Shown here in pieces: positions 37,720-50,655 of a DNA stretch of 64,000 bases. Under the pieces are notes generated by a model. The model saw nothing but the letters and a program-made list of their open reading frames with translations. It ran no database searches and was not told the origin of the DNA. Both the position numbers and the translations under genes were made by a program. Source of the DNA: an uncultured Gemmataceae bacterium (GTDB taxonomy: Bacteria; Planctomycetota; Planctomycetia; Gemmatales; Gemmataceae); contig CAVVPN010000001.1 of assembly GCA_963750165.1 (NCBI GenBank), positions 96,001-160,000 on the forward strand, read 5' to 3'. Positions within the stretch are counted from its first letter, which is position 1. Every line of letters starts with the position of its first letter.

Positions 37720-40700
37720 ATGGCTGCTTTGTTCGCATTCCTGCCGCTGTGGGGCACGGTCCTGGTGGGCGCCGCCGCCGTGGCGGTCCCCATCCTGATC
37801 CACCTGTTTAACCGCAAGCGCTACCGCGTCGTCGTCTGGGCGGCCATGAAGTTCCTGCTGGCGGCCCAGAAACAGAACACGCGCCGCATGCGCATCGAAC
37901 AGCTGATCCTCCTGGCGGTACGCTGCCTGCTGCTGCTGCTGCTGGTGCTGGCCCTGGCGAGCATCGAGCCCTGGGCGGAGACGGTGTGGGCGGGCCTCTG
38001 GTCTGGCGGCAGCAGCCCCGGCCATCTGCGCACCGGCCGCATCCACAAAGTGCTGGTCATCGACGCCAGCCTGAGCATGGCCGCCAAGCACGAGCAGGGC
38101 AAGAGTTGCTTCGATCTTGCCAGGGAGCAGGCCCTCAAAATCATCGGCGACGCCGGCAGCGGCGACGGCTTCAGCGTCCTGGTCCTGGGCGAACGGCTCG
38201 ACTGGAAAATTCAGGAAGCCTCGCTGGACTGCGACCGTGTCAGCAAGGAAATCAACGGCCTCAAGGTGACGCACGGCAACACCAGCGCCCTGGCGGCGCT
38301 GCAGGCGGTCGCCGACCGGCTGCGCGACACCGATCCGCGCTTCACCGCTCGCGAGGTGTATTTTCTCACCGACCTGCAGCGGGCCACCTGGAACGTGACG
38401 CTGCCCACTGAGGGCCAGGAGGCCCGGGCCGCGAAGGACCAGCACCCGCTCGTCGAGGAACTGCAAAAGGCCGCCAGCACCGTCTTCGTGGATGTGGGCC
38501 GTGACGGACTGCAGAACGTGGCGGTCACCGACCTGACCGTCAGCGACCCCATCCTCACCGCCGGCGCCGAGGTCGCCTTCCAGGCGACGATCAAGAATTT
38601 CGGCAGCGCCGCCCGGAACGGCCTCGGCGTGGAACTGCTGATCGGCCGCGGCAGCACGGCGGCCGGCGGCGGCGGCTTCGACCTCACCCGCCACGATGCG
38701 CCCAAAAAAATCAGCCTGCGTTCGGGCGAGACGGCCACCGTGGTGTTCACGCACCGCTTCACCAGCGCCGGCACCTACGCGGTGCGCGTGCAGGTGGACC
38801 GCGACGACCTGGAGGCCGACGACGCCCGCACTGTGATCGTGACGGTGCGCGAACAGATTCCGCTGCTGCTGGTCAACGGCCAGCCGGCTGACCCCAAGCA
38901 CGGCCATCCCGAGGCCGCCACCGAGGTGCTGCCGTTTGCGCTCGACCCGCCGCCCATCGGCAAGGACGGCGTCAAGGTGCCGGTGCAGTTGACCGAGCTG
39001 TCGGTCGGCGACTTCGCCCGGGAGAACCTCAGCCGCTTCGACTGCATTTTCCTGTGCGACGTGGGCGAGTTGACGCCGAATGACGTGAACCGGCTGGCGG
39101 CGCACCTGCGCCGCGGCGGCGGCCTGGTCGTCACCGCCGGCGACAACGTGGCCGACAACATCGATCTGTATAACAAGCTGCTGTTCAATCAGAAAAAGGG
39201 CCTGCTGCCCGCCCGTCTGGTGGGCGTGCAGGAAGCGCCCGCCGGCAACCATTTTTATCTGGACGCCGACGACTCGCACTTCAAGAAGCCACCGCTGCGG
39301 GCCTTCCTGGACGCGACCGACCGCTTCACGCTGCGGCGAGCGCAGTTCTTCAAGTATCTGCGTGTCACGCCCAGCGCCGGACCGGGCAGCCAGGTGCTGA
39401 TGTTCCGGGCGACCGGCCCGCAGGCCGCCAACCTGCCGGACGCTGATCCCGCCCTGCTGGCGTGGCATCCACCGCTGCCCGTCGAGGACGCGCCCGCCGT
39501 CGCCGGCAAGGGCGGTGCCGCGGCCACACTCTCGGGCCAGTATCGCGGCAAGGTGATCTTCCTCACGACAACGGTGAACCGCGACTGGACCACCTGGCCG
39601 GGCTCCGCCAGCTTCCTGCCGATGATGCAGCAACTGTGGCGGCTGGGCGTCTCCGCCAGGCTGCGCGACCAGGCACTGCCGGTGGGCGCCGCCCTGGAAG
39701 AAGTGGTCGGCTCCGTCGAGGGCCACCTGCGGGCAGTCGCCGCGTTGCCGAAGGAGGAGGCCGCCAAGGCGACGCTGCCGGAGGCGACGCTGTTCCTGCC
39801 TGGCGGCGACACGGTCCAGGTGCCGACGCAGAACGTCGAGGATTTACTGCTGTTCCGCTGGGCCAAAACCGACCAGGCGGGTGTGTACCGTGTCACCGTG
39901 GGCAAGGCCCCGACCGACTACCTGTTTGCGGTCAACCCGCCGCCGACCACGCTCGACACCGGCAGCAGCGAAAGCGACCCGGAACGCCTCGACCGGGAGC
40001 GCCTCAAGGAAATCTTCTCCGGCTGGGACTTCCAGCTGGTCAAGAACCCCGCCGACGCCCGACCGCCGCAGAATACCCAGGGCAGTGAGGCTGTCTGGCC
40101 GGTGCGGCACGGGCCGTGGGTCGCCTTTCGGCTGCTGCTGGCGGTGCTCGGGCTCATGCTGCTGGAGGTGGTGCTGGCGTGCGCCTTCGCCCGCTTCAGC
40201 GTCGTGCCTGGGATCAAGCAAATTCCCAGGCTGCGGCTGCTGTGGCCGGGCGTGACCGCCGTGCTGGCGGTGTTGCTGATCGGCGTCGTCGCCGGCACGC
40301 TGCTGCAGGCGGCGGCCACCAACGATTTTCTGAGCTTTTTGCCGGACGAGACGCGCGGCCTGGTGGAAAGCGTGCTGGGCATCCAGTCGCCCGCCCCTGG
40401 CGAGAGCCGGCTGTGGGAATTGCAGTCCAGCCCCGACAGCGCCATGCCGTCGTGGATGTGGTTCGGCCTCGGCCTGCTGGGCGTGGTCATCGCCGGCGTG
40501 TACGTGCTGGAAGCACGGGCGGTCGGCGTCCCCGTCGGTGGGCTGCTCGGGCTCGCCAACGTGGCCCTGTTCCTGACAGTGCTGGTGACGTTTCTGCCGC
40601 AGTGGGAGCTGCAATTCGTCCGCGAAAGCTGGCCGGACGTGGTGCTCATCATCGACGACTCGCTCAGCATGGGCGAACCGGACTACTACAACGAGACGAT

Positions 40701-43078
40701 CCAGGCCAAGGTGGACGAGTACACCGCCGACATCCGCAAGCAGCTGGAGGAGCAGTTGCCCGGACGCATCCGCAGTACGCGCGAACGGCTGGAGGAGCTG
40801 CGCAAGAACCCGCCAAAGGGCCAGGAGGGTCTGGTGCGCGAGACGGAGCGGCGCCTGGAGTATTACGAGAAACTGCTGCCCAACGTGAAGTCGCCATCCT
40901 GGCGGCCGACGCGGTTGCAGGCTGGCCCAGCACATCCTGACACGCAACGAGCCGGACTGGCTGAACACGCTGTTCAAGCAGCGCAAGCTGAAGGTCCACG
41001 TTTTCCATCTGGACGCGCAGGGCCACCTGACGCGGCTGAAGGATTCCAGGGGCTTCGCCGGCGATTTGATCGACGCGGGCAAGCCGGAGGAGGTGGAGCG
41101 CACCCGGCAGGCCATTGCGGACCTGGTGCCGGCCGGCGAGGACAGCCGGCTGGGCGAGGCGCTGCAGCAGGTGCTCAACCGCTACGCCGGCACGCCGGTC
41201 GCGGGCATCATCTTCTTCACTGACGGCGTCACCACCAAGGGCAACGCCACCATCGCCCGGGCGGCGGATTTCGCCAAGGCCAAGGACGTGCGGCTGTTCT
41301 TCGTCGGCATCGGCGACGATCACGAGGTCCGCGACCTCAAGCTTCACGACCTGCAGGTCGAGGACATCGTCTACGTCAACGACCGCGTCATCTTCGAGGC
41401 GTCGCTGACCGGCCGCGGCTACAAGGACATGACGTTGCCCATCGTCCTGAAGGTCAAGGACAAGGACGGCAAGGAAGTCGAGTTGAAGGACAAGGACGGC
41501 AAGCCGATCCGCGAGAACGTGCAGGTGGACCCGAGCGGCCGGCCGGTGAAGGTGCGGCTGAAGTACCAGCCGACGGAGCCGGGCGAGAAGCTGTTCATCA
41601 TGCAGGCGGAGTTGCCCAAACACGGCCCCGGCGAAAAAGGGCCGAACCCCGCCAACCTGCGCTTGCAGCGCTCCATCTTCGTACAGGAGTCGAAGGTCAT
41701 CAAGGTGCTGCTCATTGAGGGCTCGGCCCGTTACGAATACCGCTTCCTCAAGAGTCTGCTGGAGCGCGAGAACCAGGACAAGAAGCAGAACCGCAGCATT
41801 GAACTCAAGGTGCTGCTGCTCGACGCGGACCAGAATTTCTGGAAGCAGGACAGGAGCGCCATCGCGGACTTCCCGGTGAACAAGCAGGATTTGTATGAGT
41901 ACGACGTGGTGATTCTCGGCGACGCGGACCCGGGCCACCCCAAGCTGGGCGAGGGCCGGCTGCGCGACCTGGCGGCCTTTGTGACGCTGCGCGGCGGCGG
42001 CCTGCTGGCGGTGGCCGGCTCGCAGTACATGCCGCGCGCCTACAAGAAGACGGCGCTGGCGGCGGTGCTGCCGATTGAGATTGGGGTGCCGCCGCCGGAC
42101 CCCGACGAGATCGCTACCGGCTACCAGTTGAAGCTGATTGACCGCCGCCACCCGATCTTCCGCTTCAACCCCGACGAGGGCAAGAACGAGGAGATCTGGA
42201 AGCGGCTCATGCCGATCTACTGGGCGGCACGCGGCTACAAGGCGGACAAGTACGCCAATGTGCTGGCCGTCCACCCCAAGCTCCGCGCCGAGGGTCCGGT
42301 GCCGCGCGGCGTGGACGAGGGCCATCCGCTCATCATCGAGCACTTCCCCGGCCTGGGCCGCTGCATGTTCTTCGGCTTCGACGAAACGTGGCGCTGGCGC
42401 TTCCGCGAGGACGAGCTGCGCTACAACCAATTTTGGATTCAGACGGTGCGATACCTGTCGCGCAGCCGGGTCAGCCGCACGGAGGTGCGCGCCGAACTGC
42501 CGCCGCCCAACCAGCTCAACAAGGCCATCAAGGTCACCGTGCGCTTCCCCGAGAGCCTGAAACTCCAGGGCTCCAAGCCGGGCAGCCGACTGGAGCTGCC
42601 CGAGGAGGTGACCGTCAGTGTGCGGCAGTTGACCGGCGCGGACGGTGGCGGTGTCCCCGTCGATGACATCAAGCTGGCCAGGGCGGGCAAGACTGGCCGC
42701 GTGTACGAGGGGCTGCTGCTGCACCGCACCAAGGGCAAATACCGCCTGACGCTCAGCGACCCGGACGTGAAGCCGTATCAGCCCAACGGCCAGCAGCCGT
42801 TCACCGAAATCGAGGTGGAAGACCCACCGGGCGAGCTGGTCAACCTGCGGCTCAACCGTGAGGAGATGGAGACAGCCGCCAAGCGCACTGGTGGTAAGGT
42901 GTACTCGTCGGCCGACGCCGACGACCTGCTGCGCGAGCTACCGCCGGTGACGCGCGTGGTATCGCGCATCTCGCCGCTGCCGCCGCAGGCGATCTGGAAC
43001 CAGGCCGTGTTCTTCTTCGCCGTGCTCGGTCTGCTGACCGGCCTGTGGATTTTGCGGAAGCGTGAACACCTGTTATAG
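37720..43078 (+). CDS. Large BatA / VWA / amidotransferase-like membrane protein (frameshift near 40920)
   Basis: BatA N-terminus 'PILIHLFNRKRYRVVVWAAMKFL'; VWA 'VLVIDASLSM' and 'VLIIDDSLSM...FTDG'; 'YDVVILGD', 'DETWRWR', C-terminal 'WILRKREHLL'. Confidence 0.85.
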
Positions 43079-43081
43079 TTT

Positions 43082-43258
43082 GATGGCGGATGGCGGATGG
43101 CGGATTGAAAACCAAATGAACCTTCCCGCCGTCTTGATGTTGCGGTCTTCAGTCCGCAGTCCGGTTCTCTTGTCTGCCGCTTGCGGCTTCGCGCTCAGCA
43201 ACCCATCTGATGTGAGAAGGGTATCAGCGCGCTAGGCCGCCAGCGGCAGACAAGAGAA
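43082..43258. repeat. Heptamer array (GATGGCG)x3 plus GCCGCAAGCGGC-family inverted repeat
   Basis: GATGGCGGATGGCGGATGGCGGATTG; TTCTCTTGTCTGCCGCTTGCGGCT...GCCGCCAGCGGCAGACAAGAGAA. Confidence 0.8.
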
Positions 43259-43275
43259 GCAAGGCACCAGGAGAG

Positions 43276-46200
43276 ATGACCATGAATCCGCTGCTGGTCC
43301 GGCTGTCGCAACTCCGCAGGCGGCTGCGCCTGGTGACGACGGTGCGCGGCAGCTGCTGGACGCTGGCCGTGCTGATCGGCGCGCTGGCGCTGGCGTGCCT
43401 GCTCGACATTCTGGTGTACCGCGTCCTCGGCCTGGAGTTGCCGGGCCTGATCCGCGGCCTGTTCCTGGCTGCGACGCTGGCCGGCACCGGCCTGGTCGGC
43501 TACCGCTGGCTGTTGCGGCCGCTGTCCGACCGGCTCAACGATCTGTCGCTGGCGCTGCGGGTCGAGGCGGAGTACCCCATCCTCAACGACGCCCTGGCGA
43601 GCACCGTCGAGTTCCTGCAAACCTCCGGCACGCCGGATCGCACCGTGTCGCCGACACTGAAGCGCGAGGCGGTGCAGCGGGCCATGCGCATGATGCAGGG
43701 CTGCGACTTCAACAAGGCGGTCAACACGCGCGGTCTGCGTCTGGCGCTGGGCGCTGCCGGGCTAGCACTGCTGCTGGCGCTGCCACTGCTGCTCTGGTTC
43801 CCGGCCCAGGCCGGCACCGCGTTCGTGCGCGTCATCGACCCCTTCGGCGACGCTTCCTGGGTGGTTCGCGATCCGCAGACAGTCCTGGAGATTCACTACC
43901 CGAAAAAGGTCGCATTCGAGCAGAAGTTCATCATCACCGGCACCGTGCGCGGCAAAATCCCCAACCCACGTGTGGCGACGCTGGAGTTCAGCGGCTACCA
44001 GCGCTCGACGCTGGAGGTCGAACTGGGCAAGGGCGACGATGGCACGGCCACGCTGTACGTGGACCTGCCGATGGCCCATCAGAAGCGCGACTTCCGCTTC
44101 CGCGTCCGCGTCGGCAACGCCACCTTCCCGACAGAGCCGGGGGCGTGGTGCGACGTGACGCTGACCGCGCCGCCGCAGCTGGCGGACCTGGACAGCAAGC
44201 TGTCGCCGCAGATCGAACTGTTCTACCCGCGCTACACCGACCTGCCCTCACCGGAAACGCTGCCGCCGGGCAAGACCGACATCGAGGCCGTGGAGGGCAC
44301 CCTGGTCAAGCTGCGCGGCGCCACCGACCGGCCCATTGCCCGGGTGTACGTCAACTACCAGCCCAGGGCGCCGCGGCCGCGTGAGTTGGTCGGCCTGGCG
44401 CTGCTGGCGGCGAACCGGCCACTGGGCCCGCTGGCGCTGCTGGGCGGTGTCCGGCGAGTGCTGGAGCCCGTCGAGGGCCGCGTCCTGGCTGAGGGCCGCG
44501 AATTCCGCATCGCCTTCACGCCGCCCGTCGAGGGCACCTATCTGCTGACCATCGAGGACGCCGAGAAGCTGAGCAAGACCTATGAGTTCAAGCTCGGCAT
44601 CTACCCCGACCCGGTGCCGCTCGTGAAGCTGAAGCAGCCCGTGGGCGTCCGCACCGTCCTGCCCGATGCCGAGGTGGAGTTGAAGGTTGCCGCCCAGGAC
44701 GAGAAGTTTGCTCTGCGCAGTGTCTTCGTGGAGGTCCGCAAGAAGGACGCGACCCAGCCGCTGCTGGCCGGCGCTCTGCTGGCGCGGTTGCCGCTGTACG
44801 AACACACGGTCCAGGAGGCGGCGCTGGCCCGCGTGCTGAGCGTCTTTGCGGCCCGGCCGGTGCCGTTGCCGCACCTGCGACCGCAGAAGCTGGACCTGAA
44901 ACGGCTGCTGCCGATCAAGGGCCTGGGCAAGGAAGGCGACGTGCTGATCGTGCGCGCCTTCGCCGATGACTTCAACGACCTGGTGGCCTTCCGCGGCCCC
45001 GGCCGGAGCGAGGAATATGCGGAGTTGCGCATCGTCGGCCGCCGCGAACTGTCGGCCCTGCTGGACGAGGCCCAGGCGAAGTTGCACCAGGACCTCGCGG
45101 ACATCCGCGACAAGCAGGACAGGGCGATCAAGCATGTGGCCGCTGCGGAGAAGGAGTGGAAGGCCAAAGGCAAACTCGGCGCCGACAACAAGGAGGGCCT
45201 GGCGGCGGCGGATCGTCTGCAGAAGGACATCAAGAACAAGATCGGTGCGGAGGACGGCAAGGGCCTGCGCGCCGAGGTGGCCAAATTGCAGCAGATGTTG
45301 AAGGAGAACAAGATTCCGAAGTCCGGCGTGGCCGAGCGGCTCAACAAGATCAAAACCGAACTCGACCGCCTGGCGGAAGGCCCGCTGCCGCTGCTCGACG
45401 ACACGCTGTACAAGACCCGGCTGAAGTTGCAGCAGCAGACGGACGCCAAACCGCCGGCCCCGAAGGAGAAGAACGGTCTGGCCGACGCCCAGGGGCACCA
45501 GCAGGAAGTCAAGCGGACGGTGGAGGAGTTGCTGGCCACCCTGGAGAACTGGGCCGGGCTGAACGAGTTCCGGGCCGAGTTGCGGGCCATCTTGCAGGAG
45601 CAGAAGGACATGCTCGCGGAAACCGAAACGATCCTGCGCGACGCCACCAAGGCCGGCGGCCGGGTCACGCCGGAGGGCGAAGTGGACGCCCGCAAGATCG
45701 GCAAGTTGCAGGAACTCCTGTTCAAACGCACCGAGAAGCTGGTGGCGCGGATGGGGAACAACGAGGATCGGGCCACCAAGGATCTCGCCACGGCCCAGTT
45801 GCTGGAGAAGGCGGTCCAGATCGCCGCCGAGAATTACCTGATCACCAACCCCAGCGAGGGTGGTCTGCCGCTCATGGTCAGCGTCTACAAGATTCAGTTG
45901 CTCAACTCCAAGGACAAGGGCGGGCCGCGGTTGTTCCAGGCGACCAAGGAACAGAAGGAAATATGCGACATCCTGGGACTGATGATTGAGGCCCTCGAAG
46001 ACCCGCGCGACGCCCGGCTGGAAGGGCTCATCAAGAACCAGAAGAAGGAAGGGCAGAACCTGGACAAGCTGGCCGAGCGCCTGGAAAAGCTCCAGAAGCG
46101 CATCGACAAGGCCAACCGCATCGCCGACCCGCGCACGGCAGCAGGAACTGAACCGGCTCGCGGCCGAGCAGCAGAAGCTCCAGGACGATGTGCAGAAGAA

Positions 46201-47158
46201 GTCCCGCGAGCTGGCCCGGCTGGAGGCCCCGCGGGCGGCCAAGGAACTGGAGGATGCCGCCAAGGATCTCGCCCAGGGGGCGGAGAAACTCAAGCAGGGC
46301 CAGGTTCCCGAGGATGGCCAGAAGGACGCGCAAAAGAAAATCGAGCAGGCCCGGCAGAAACTCAAGGCCGCCCAGGACAAAGCCGAGGAGGAACTGGCCC
46401 GCGAAATCCAGAGCCGCCTCGCCGACCGCATCCGCGCCCTGAAGGAGCGCCAGGACGCGGCTGTGGCGGAGTCGGCCCGCATCCATCAGGCGCTGCTGCA
46501 AAATGTCCGCTGGTCGCGGGCCCTGCTCACGAGCCTGGAAGACAACCATGCGGCCCAGGGCGGGTTGTCGCAGGAGGTCGCTGCCCTGAAAACCAAGGTG
46601 AAGGGGGCGCTCGTCTTCGCCAGCGTCCTCGACAAGGCGGCCCGCTCGATGGACGCCGCCTGCAAGGTGATGACGGGCCGCGAGAAGAAGATCGCCATGC
46701 TGCTGGGGGGAAATCAAGGTGCACCACCCCTCGACAAGCAGGCCACCGACGCGGAGAATGAAGCGGACCAGCTGACGCAAAAGCACCAGCGCGACGCGAG
46801 TCAACGGCTGGAACGTTTGCTGGAGGCCTTGAAAGAGAGCCTGGCGGCGGCCCAGAATGAGGACAAGGGCGCCGGCGACGGGGGCGGCGGGGGCGACGGC
46901 GGCGGCGATGGGGGCAAGGCGAAGAAGTCCCGGCCCGTGGACGGCATCCCGCCGCTGGCGCAGTTGAAGGTGCTTCGCGCGGAGCAACAGGACGTGAACC
47001 GGCGCACGCAGGACTTCGCGGAGCGCAACCCGGACGTGAACAACCTGCCGCCCGCCCAGCAAGCCGAGCTGGACGAAATCCGACAGGAGCAGGATCGTAT
47101 TTTCGAGTTGTTCCAGAAGATGGCGCGAGCCGTGAGCGGCGAAGGAGCCAACCCATGA
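43276..47158 (+). CDS. Membrane-anchored long coiled-coil protein, DUF4175-like (frameshift near 46132)
   Basis: N-terminal TMs, 'ALRVEAEYPILNDALASTVEF', Ig-like region 'PRYTDLP', coiled coils, C-terminal 'PPLAQLKVLRAEQQDVNRRT'. Confidence 0.82.
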
Positions 47159-48096
47159 TACGTTTGTTTGCCCTGGTGGCGTTGACCTCGTGCCTGACCG
47201 TGGCCGGGCTGCTGGCCCAGCAGGAGGAGCCCGCGAAAGGCAAGCCCGAGGGCCCCGGTGCGCAACCGGGCAAGAAGGGCGAAGGTCAGGCGGAGAAAAA
47301 GGGCGACAAGCCCGCCGCGGAGGACAAGGAGGATGTCAAGGAGATCGTCAAGCGCATCAACAAGAACATGATCGCCACCTACTCCCGGCTCGACAAGAAG
47401 GACGTGAGCGACCCGACGCGCAAGCTGCAACGCGACATCGTGAGCGACCTGGATAAACTGATTGAGCAGCAGCAGAAGAACGACAAGAACTGCAGCGACG
47501 GCGGCGCCAAGAACCAGAACCAGAACCCGGACAATCCGCAGAAGAAGGACCAGCAGCAGAAGAACGAAAAGGACGATGGCCAGGGCCAGGAGGGCAACCA
47601 GCCCAGGAGTGAGCCGAAGCCCAGCCAGGGTCAGCCGGAGGCCAAGCCCGAGGGCCAGGCCAAGGACGCCGGCCAACCGCAGCAGGGCGAGCCGATGGGC
47701 CAGGGGAAACAGGGCCAGGCCAAGGCGGAGGGCGCTCCGAAGGACCCGGGCATGGGTCAGCCGATGCCCGGCCAGATGAAGGAGGGCCAGGCCAAGAAAG
47801 ACATGAAGCCGGGCGAGGGCCAGCAACTCGCGAAGGCCAAGCCGGACAATCAGCAGAAGAAGGGCAAGGGCAAGGGCAACAACATGAACGACCAGTTGCC
47901 GCCGCCCGACAATAAACTGGTCAAGGACCAGCCGAAAACGGTGAAGGACCTGAAGTATTCACCGTGGGGCGATTATCCGGATCGGGAACGGGCGCTCATG
48001 AATACCTACCTGCAGGATCGCTTCATCCAGGGTTACGAAGATTTGTTGCAGCAGTATTATAACGCCCTGAGCCGGAAGAAGGCGAAGGGGCGGTAA
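47155..48096 (+). CDS. Exported Gln/Lys/Gly-rich protein of the MoxR operon
   Basis: Signal peptide; 'QRDIVSDLDKLIE'; low-complexity middle; 'WGDYP...YEDLLQQYYNALS'. Confidence 0.85.
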   Translation: MIRLFALVALTSCLTVAGLLAQQEEPAKGKPEGPGAQPGKKGEGQAEKKGDKPAAEDKEDVKEIVKRINKNMIATYSRLDKKDVSDPTRKLQRDIVSDLDKLIEQQQKNDKNCSDGGAKNQNQNPDNPQKKDQQQKNEKDDGQGQEGNQPRSEPKPSQGQPEAKPEGQAKDAGQPQQGEPMGQGKQGQAKAEGAPKDPGMGQPMPGQMKEGQAKKDMKPGEGQQLAKAKPDNQQKKGKGKGNNMNDQLPPPDNKLVKDQPKTVKDLKYSPWGDYPDRERALMNTYLQDRFIQGYEDLLQQYYNALSRKKAKGR

Positions 48097-48137
48097 TGAG
48101 GATCGCCCCGCAGCCGGGGCGTCAAGGGGGATGCGTC

Positions 48138-49258
48138 ATGTTGACTCGTCGGCAACTTCTCACGCGCGGCAGTGGCGCCCTGGTCAGCCTGGCCAGCGGC
48201 GGTCTGCTGGTACGTGCCTTCCAGCAGGATGTGCCGGCCCCGGACGGCCGCGCCGCCCGCGGCATGATTACCCAGCCCGCCCAGAACGCCATCAATCAGG
48301 GCCTGGCGTACCTGGCGGCCAACCAGGCTGCCGGTGGCGCCTTCGGCACCTACCAGCACCAGGGCAACGTCGCCATCACCAGCCTGTGCGGTCTGGCGAT
48401 GATGGCCGGCGGTCACCAGCCTGGCCGCGGTCGTTACGGCAACGTCGTCACGCGGGCGCTGACCTTCGTGCTCGACCAGGAGCAGCGCGAGCGGCCCGGC
48501 TTCCTGTACAACCGCAACGCGCCGATCCACGGCCCCATGTACGGCCACGGCTTCGGCACCCTGTTTCTGGCCGAGGCGCACGGCATGGTGAACAACCGGG
48601 CGCTGCGCGATCGCCTGCACGGCACGCTGACACGGGCGGTGCGGCTCATTATTGAAACGCAGAACCGCGAGGGCGGTTGGCGCTACCACCCGGCGCCGAA
48701 CGACGCCGACCTGTCGGTGACCATCTGCCAGATCATGGCGCCTGCGCCGCCCGCAACGCCGGCATTTCGGTGCCCAACCAGGTCGTCACGAACTGCATCC
48801 GCTACGTCAACGACTGCCAGGACCTGCACGGCGACGGCGGCTTCCGCTACATGAAGCACGGCGGCCCGACTGGCTTCGCCCGCACCGCCGCTGGCGTCGT
48901 GGCGCTGAACAGCGCCGGCGTCTACAAGGGCCAGGCCGTGCAGAGGGGCCTGGACTATCTGATGCGGAACTGCCGCCCCGGCGGCCGCCCGAACCTGAAC
49001 AACAACGACATGGCGATGCACTACTACTACGGCCACTACTACGCCGTCCAGGCCATGTGGATCGCCGGCGGCCACTACTGGACGCAGTGGTATCCCGCCA
49101 TCCGCGACGAACTGGTCAACCACCCGGATCGCCAGATGCAGAACAACAACACGCAATGCTGCTGGGTGGATCGCCGCATCTGCACGCACTACGCCACGGC
49201 CATGGCGCTGATTATTTTGCAGATCCCCAACAACTACCTGCCCATCTTCCAGCGATGA
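48138..49258 (+). CDS. Prenyltransferase/squalene-oxidase-repeat protein with Tat-like signal (frameshift near 48740)
   Basis: MLTRRQLL; 'GLAYLAANQ..GAFG', 'MYGHGFGTLFLAE', 'QNREGGWRY...ADLSVTICQIMA', 'YYGHYYAVQAMW', 'YLPIFQR'. Confidence 0.88.
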
Positions 49259-50630
49259 ACCGACCAGGCCAACGCGGATACTCCTCATGTTGTGGCCTGG
49301 TCTCCCCCAGCACCCCGGAGGAGACCTTCGGTCGCGAAAGTGGCACAGTCGGGAGACCGTGCCACAACCAAGGCCAACGCGAATACGGCCGGCGTCTCCT
49401 ACCCACGGGGGCGCTGGCCTTGTTTGTTTCGCTCGCCGCCGGCCAGCAGCCCGCCGCGCCTCCCCCCAACTTTGCCCTGCACACCGCGGCCGGCCCAAAG
49501 GCAACGGGCCCGCTGCTGCGGCTGACGGCCGACGGGTCGGTGACCGTGGGGCCGGGCAAGGGCAGCGTGTGCCCCGGGGCGGAGCTGGTTTCGCTGCGAC
49601 GAGCCGGCGTGCCGCTGCCGCCGCACCCGACCGGGCCACAGGTGGTTTTCGCCAACGGCGACCGCGTGCTGCTGGACCCGCAAGGGCCGTTCCGCGTCGC
49701 CGACGACCTGCTCCGCTTCCGCCCGCGCCCGCCCTTGACGGCCGGCGACCAGACGTTCCGGCCGCCGCTGGGCGTGGTGACGCTGTTGTGGCTGCGGCCC
49801 CCGAGGGGGACTGAGAACCCCGGGCTGCTGCTGCGCCGGCTGCAATCGCAGAAACGGACGCGCGACCGGGTGCTGCTGGACAACGGTGATTTTCTCGAAG
49901 GCGTCGTCACGGCGCTGGACGGCGCGAACACCTGCCGGGTCCGCGAGACCGCCGGCAAGGTCCGCGAAGTGCCGAGCGCCGCCGTGGCCGTCATCGCCTT
50001 CCGCAGCGACCGGCAGACGCCCGGCCTGCCGAAAACGGCCTTCGCCCAGCTGGTTCTGGCGGACGGCGCGCGGCTCAGCCTGACGGCCGCGACACTGGAC
50101 GAGGCGGCCAGAGTGATCCGCGGCCGGACGCTGTTCGGCGCGGAGGCGACTTTCCCGCTGGCGGACCTCATCGCCCTGGACATGCGCCAGGGCCGGGCGG
50201 TCTACCTCTCCGACCTGGCGGCGGTTGGCTACGAGCACACGCCGTATCTGGGCGTCTCCTGGCCGCTGGTCCGGGACGGCAGCGTCACGGGCGGGCCGCT
50301 GCGCCTGCGCACGGGCACCCACGACAAGGGGCTGGGCATGCACGCCCGCAGTCGCGTCAGTTACCGGCTGGACGGTAAGTATCGCACCTTTGAAGCGCTG
50401 GTCGGGCTGGACGCGGTGACGGGCAAGGGCGGCCGGGCGCGCGTCGCGGTGCTGCTGGACGGCAAGGCGCAGTGCTCGGCTGGAAGAAGGAACTGACCGG
50501 ACGCGACGCCCCGCGGCTGGTGCGGCTCGACGTCCGCCAGGCGCAGACGCTGACGCTGGTCGTGGACTTCGGGTCGCAGGGGGACGTGCAGGCGCACGTC
50601 AACTGGGCGGACGCGCGGCTGATCCGGTGA
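49255..50630 (+). CDS. NPCBM/NEW2 domain protein (frameshift near 50470; in-frame repeat insertion near the start)
   Basis: ATGA overlap with the upstream stop; 'VYLSDL...DGSVTGGPLRL...KGLGMHARS...FEALVGLD'; after the shift 'LTLVVDFGSQGDVQAHVNWADARLIR'. Confidence 0.82.
49289..49368. repeat. Shortened copy of the 37582-37701 element inside a CDS
   Basis: GTTGTGGCCTGGTCTCC...CCCGGAGGAGACCTTCGGTC...GGAGACCGTGCCACAAC. Confidence 0.82.
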
Positions 50631-50655
50631 CCGGAAGCGCTCGAAGGGCCTGGGC

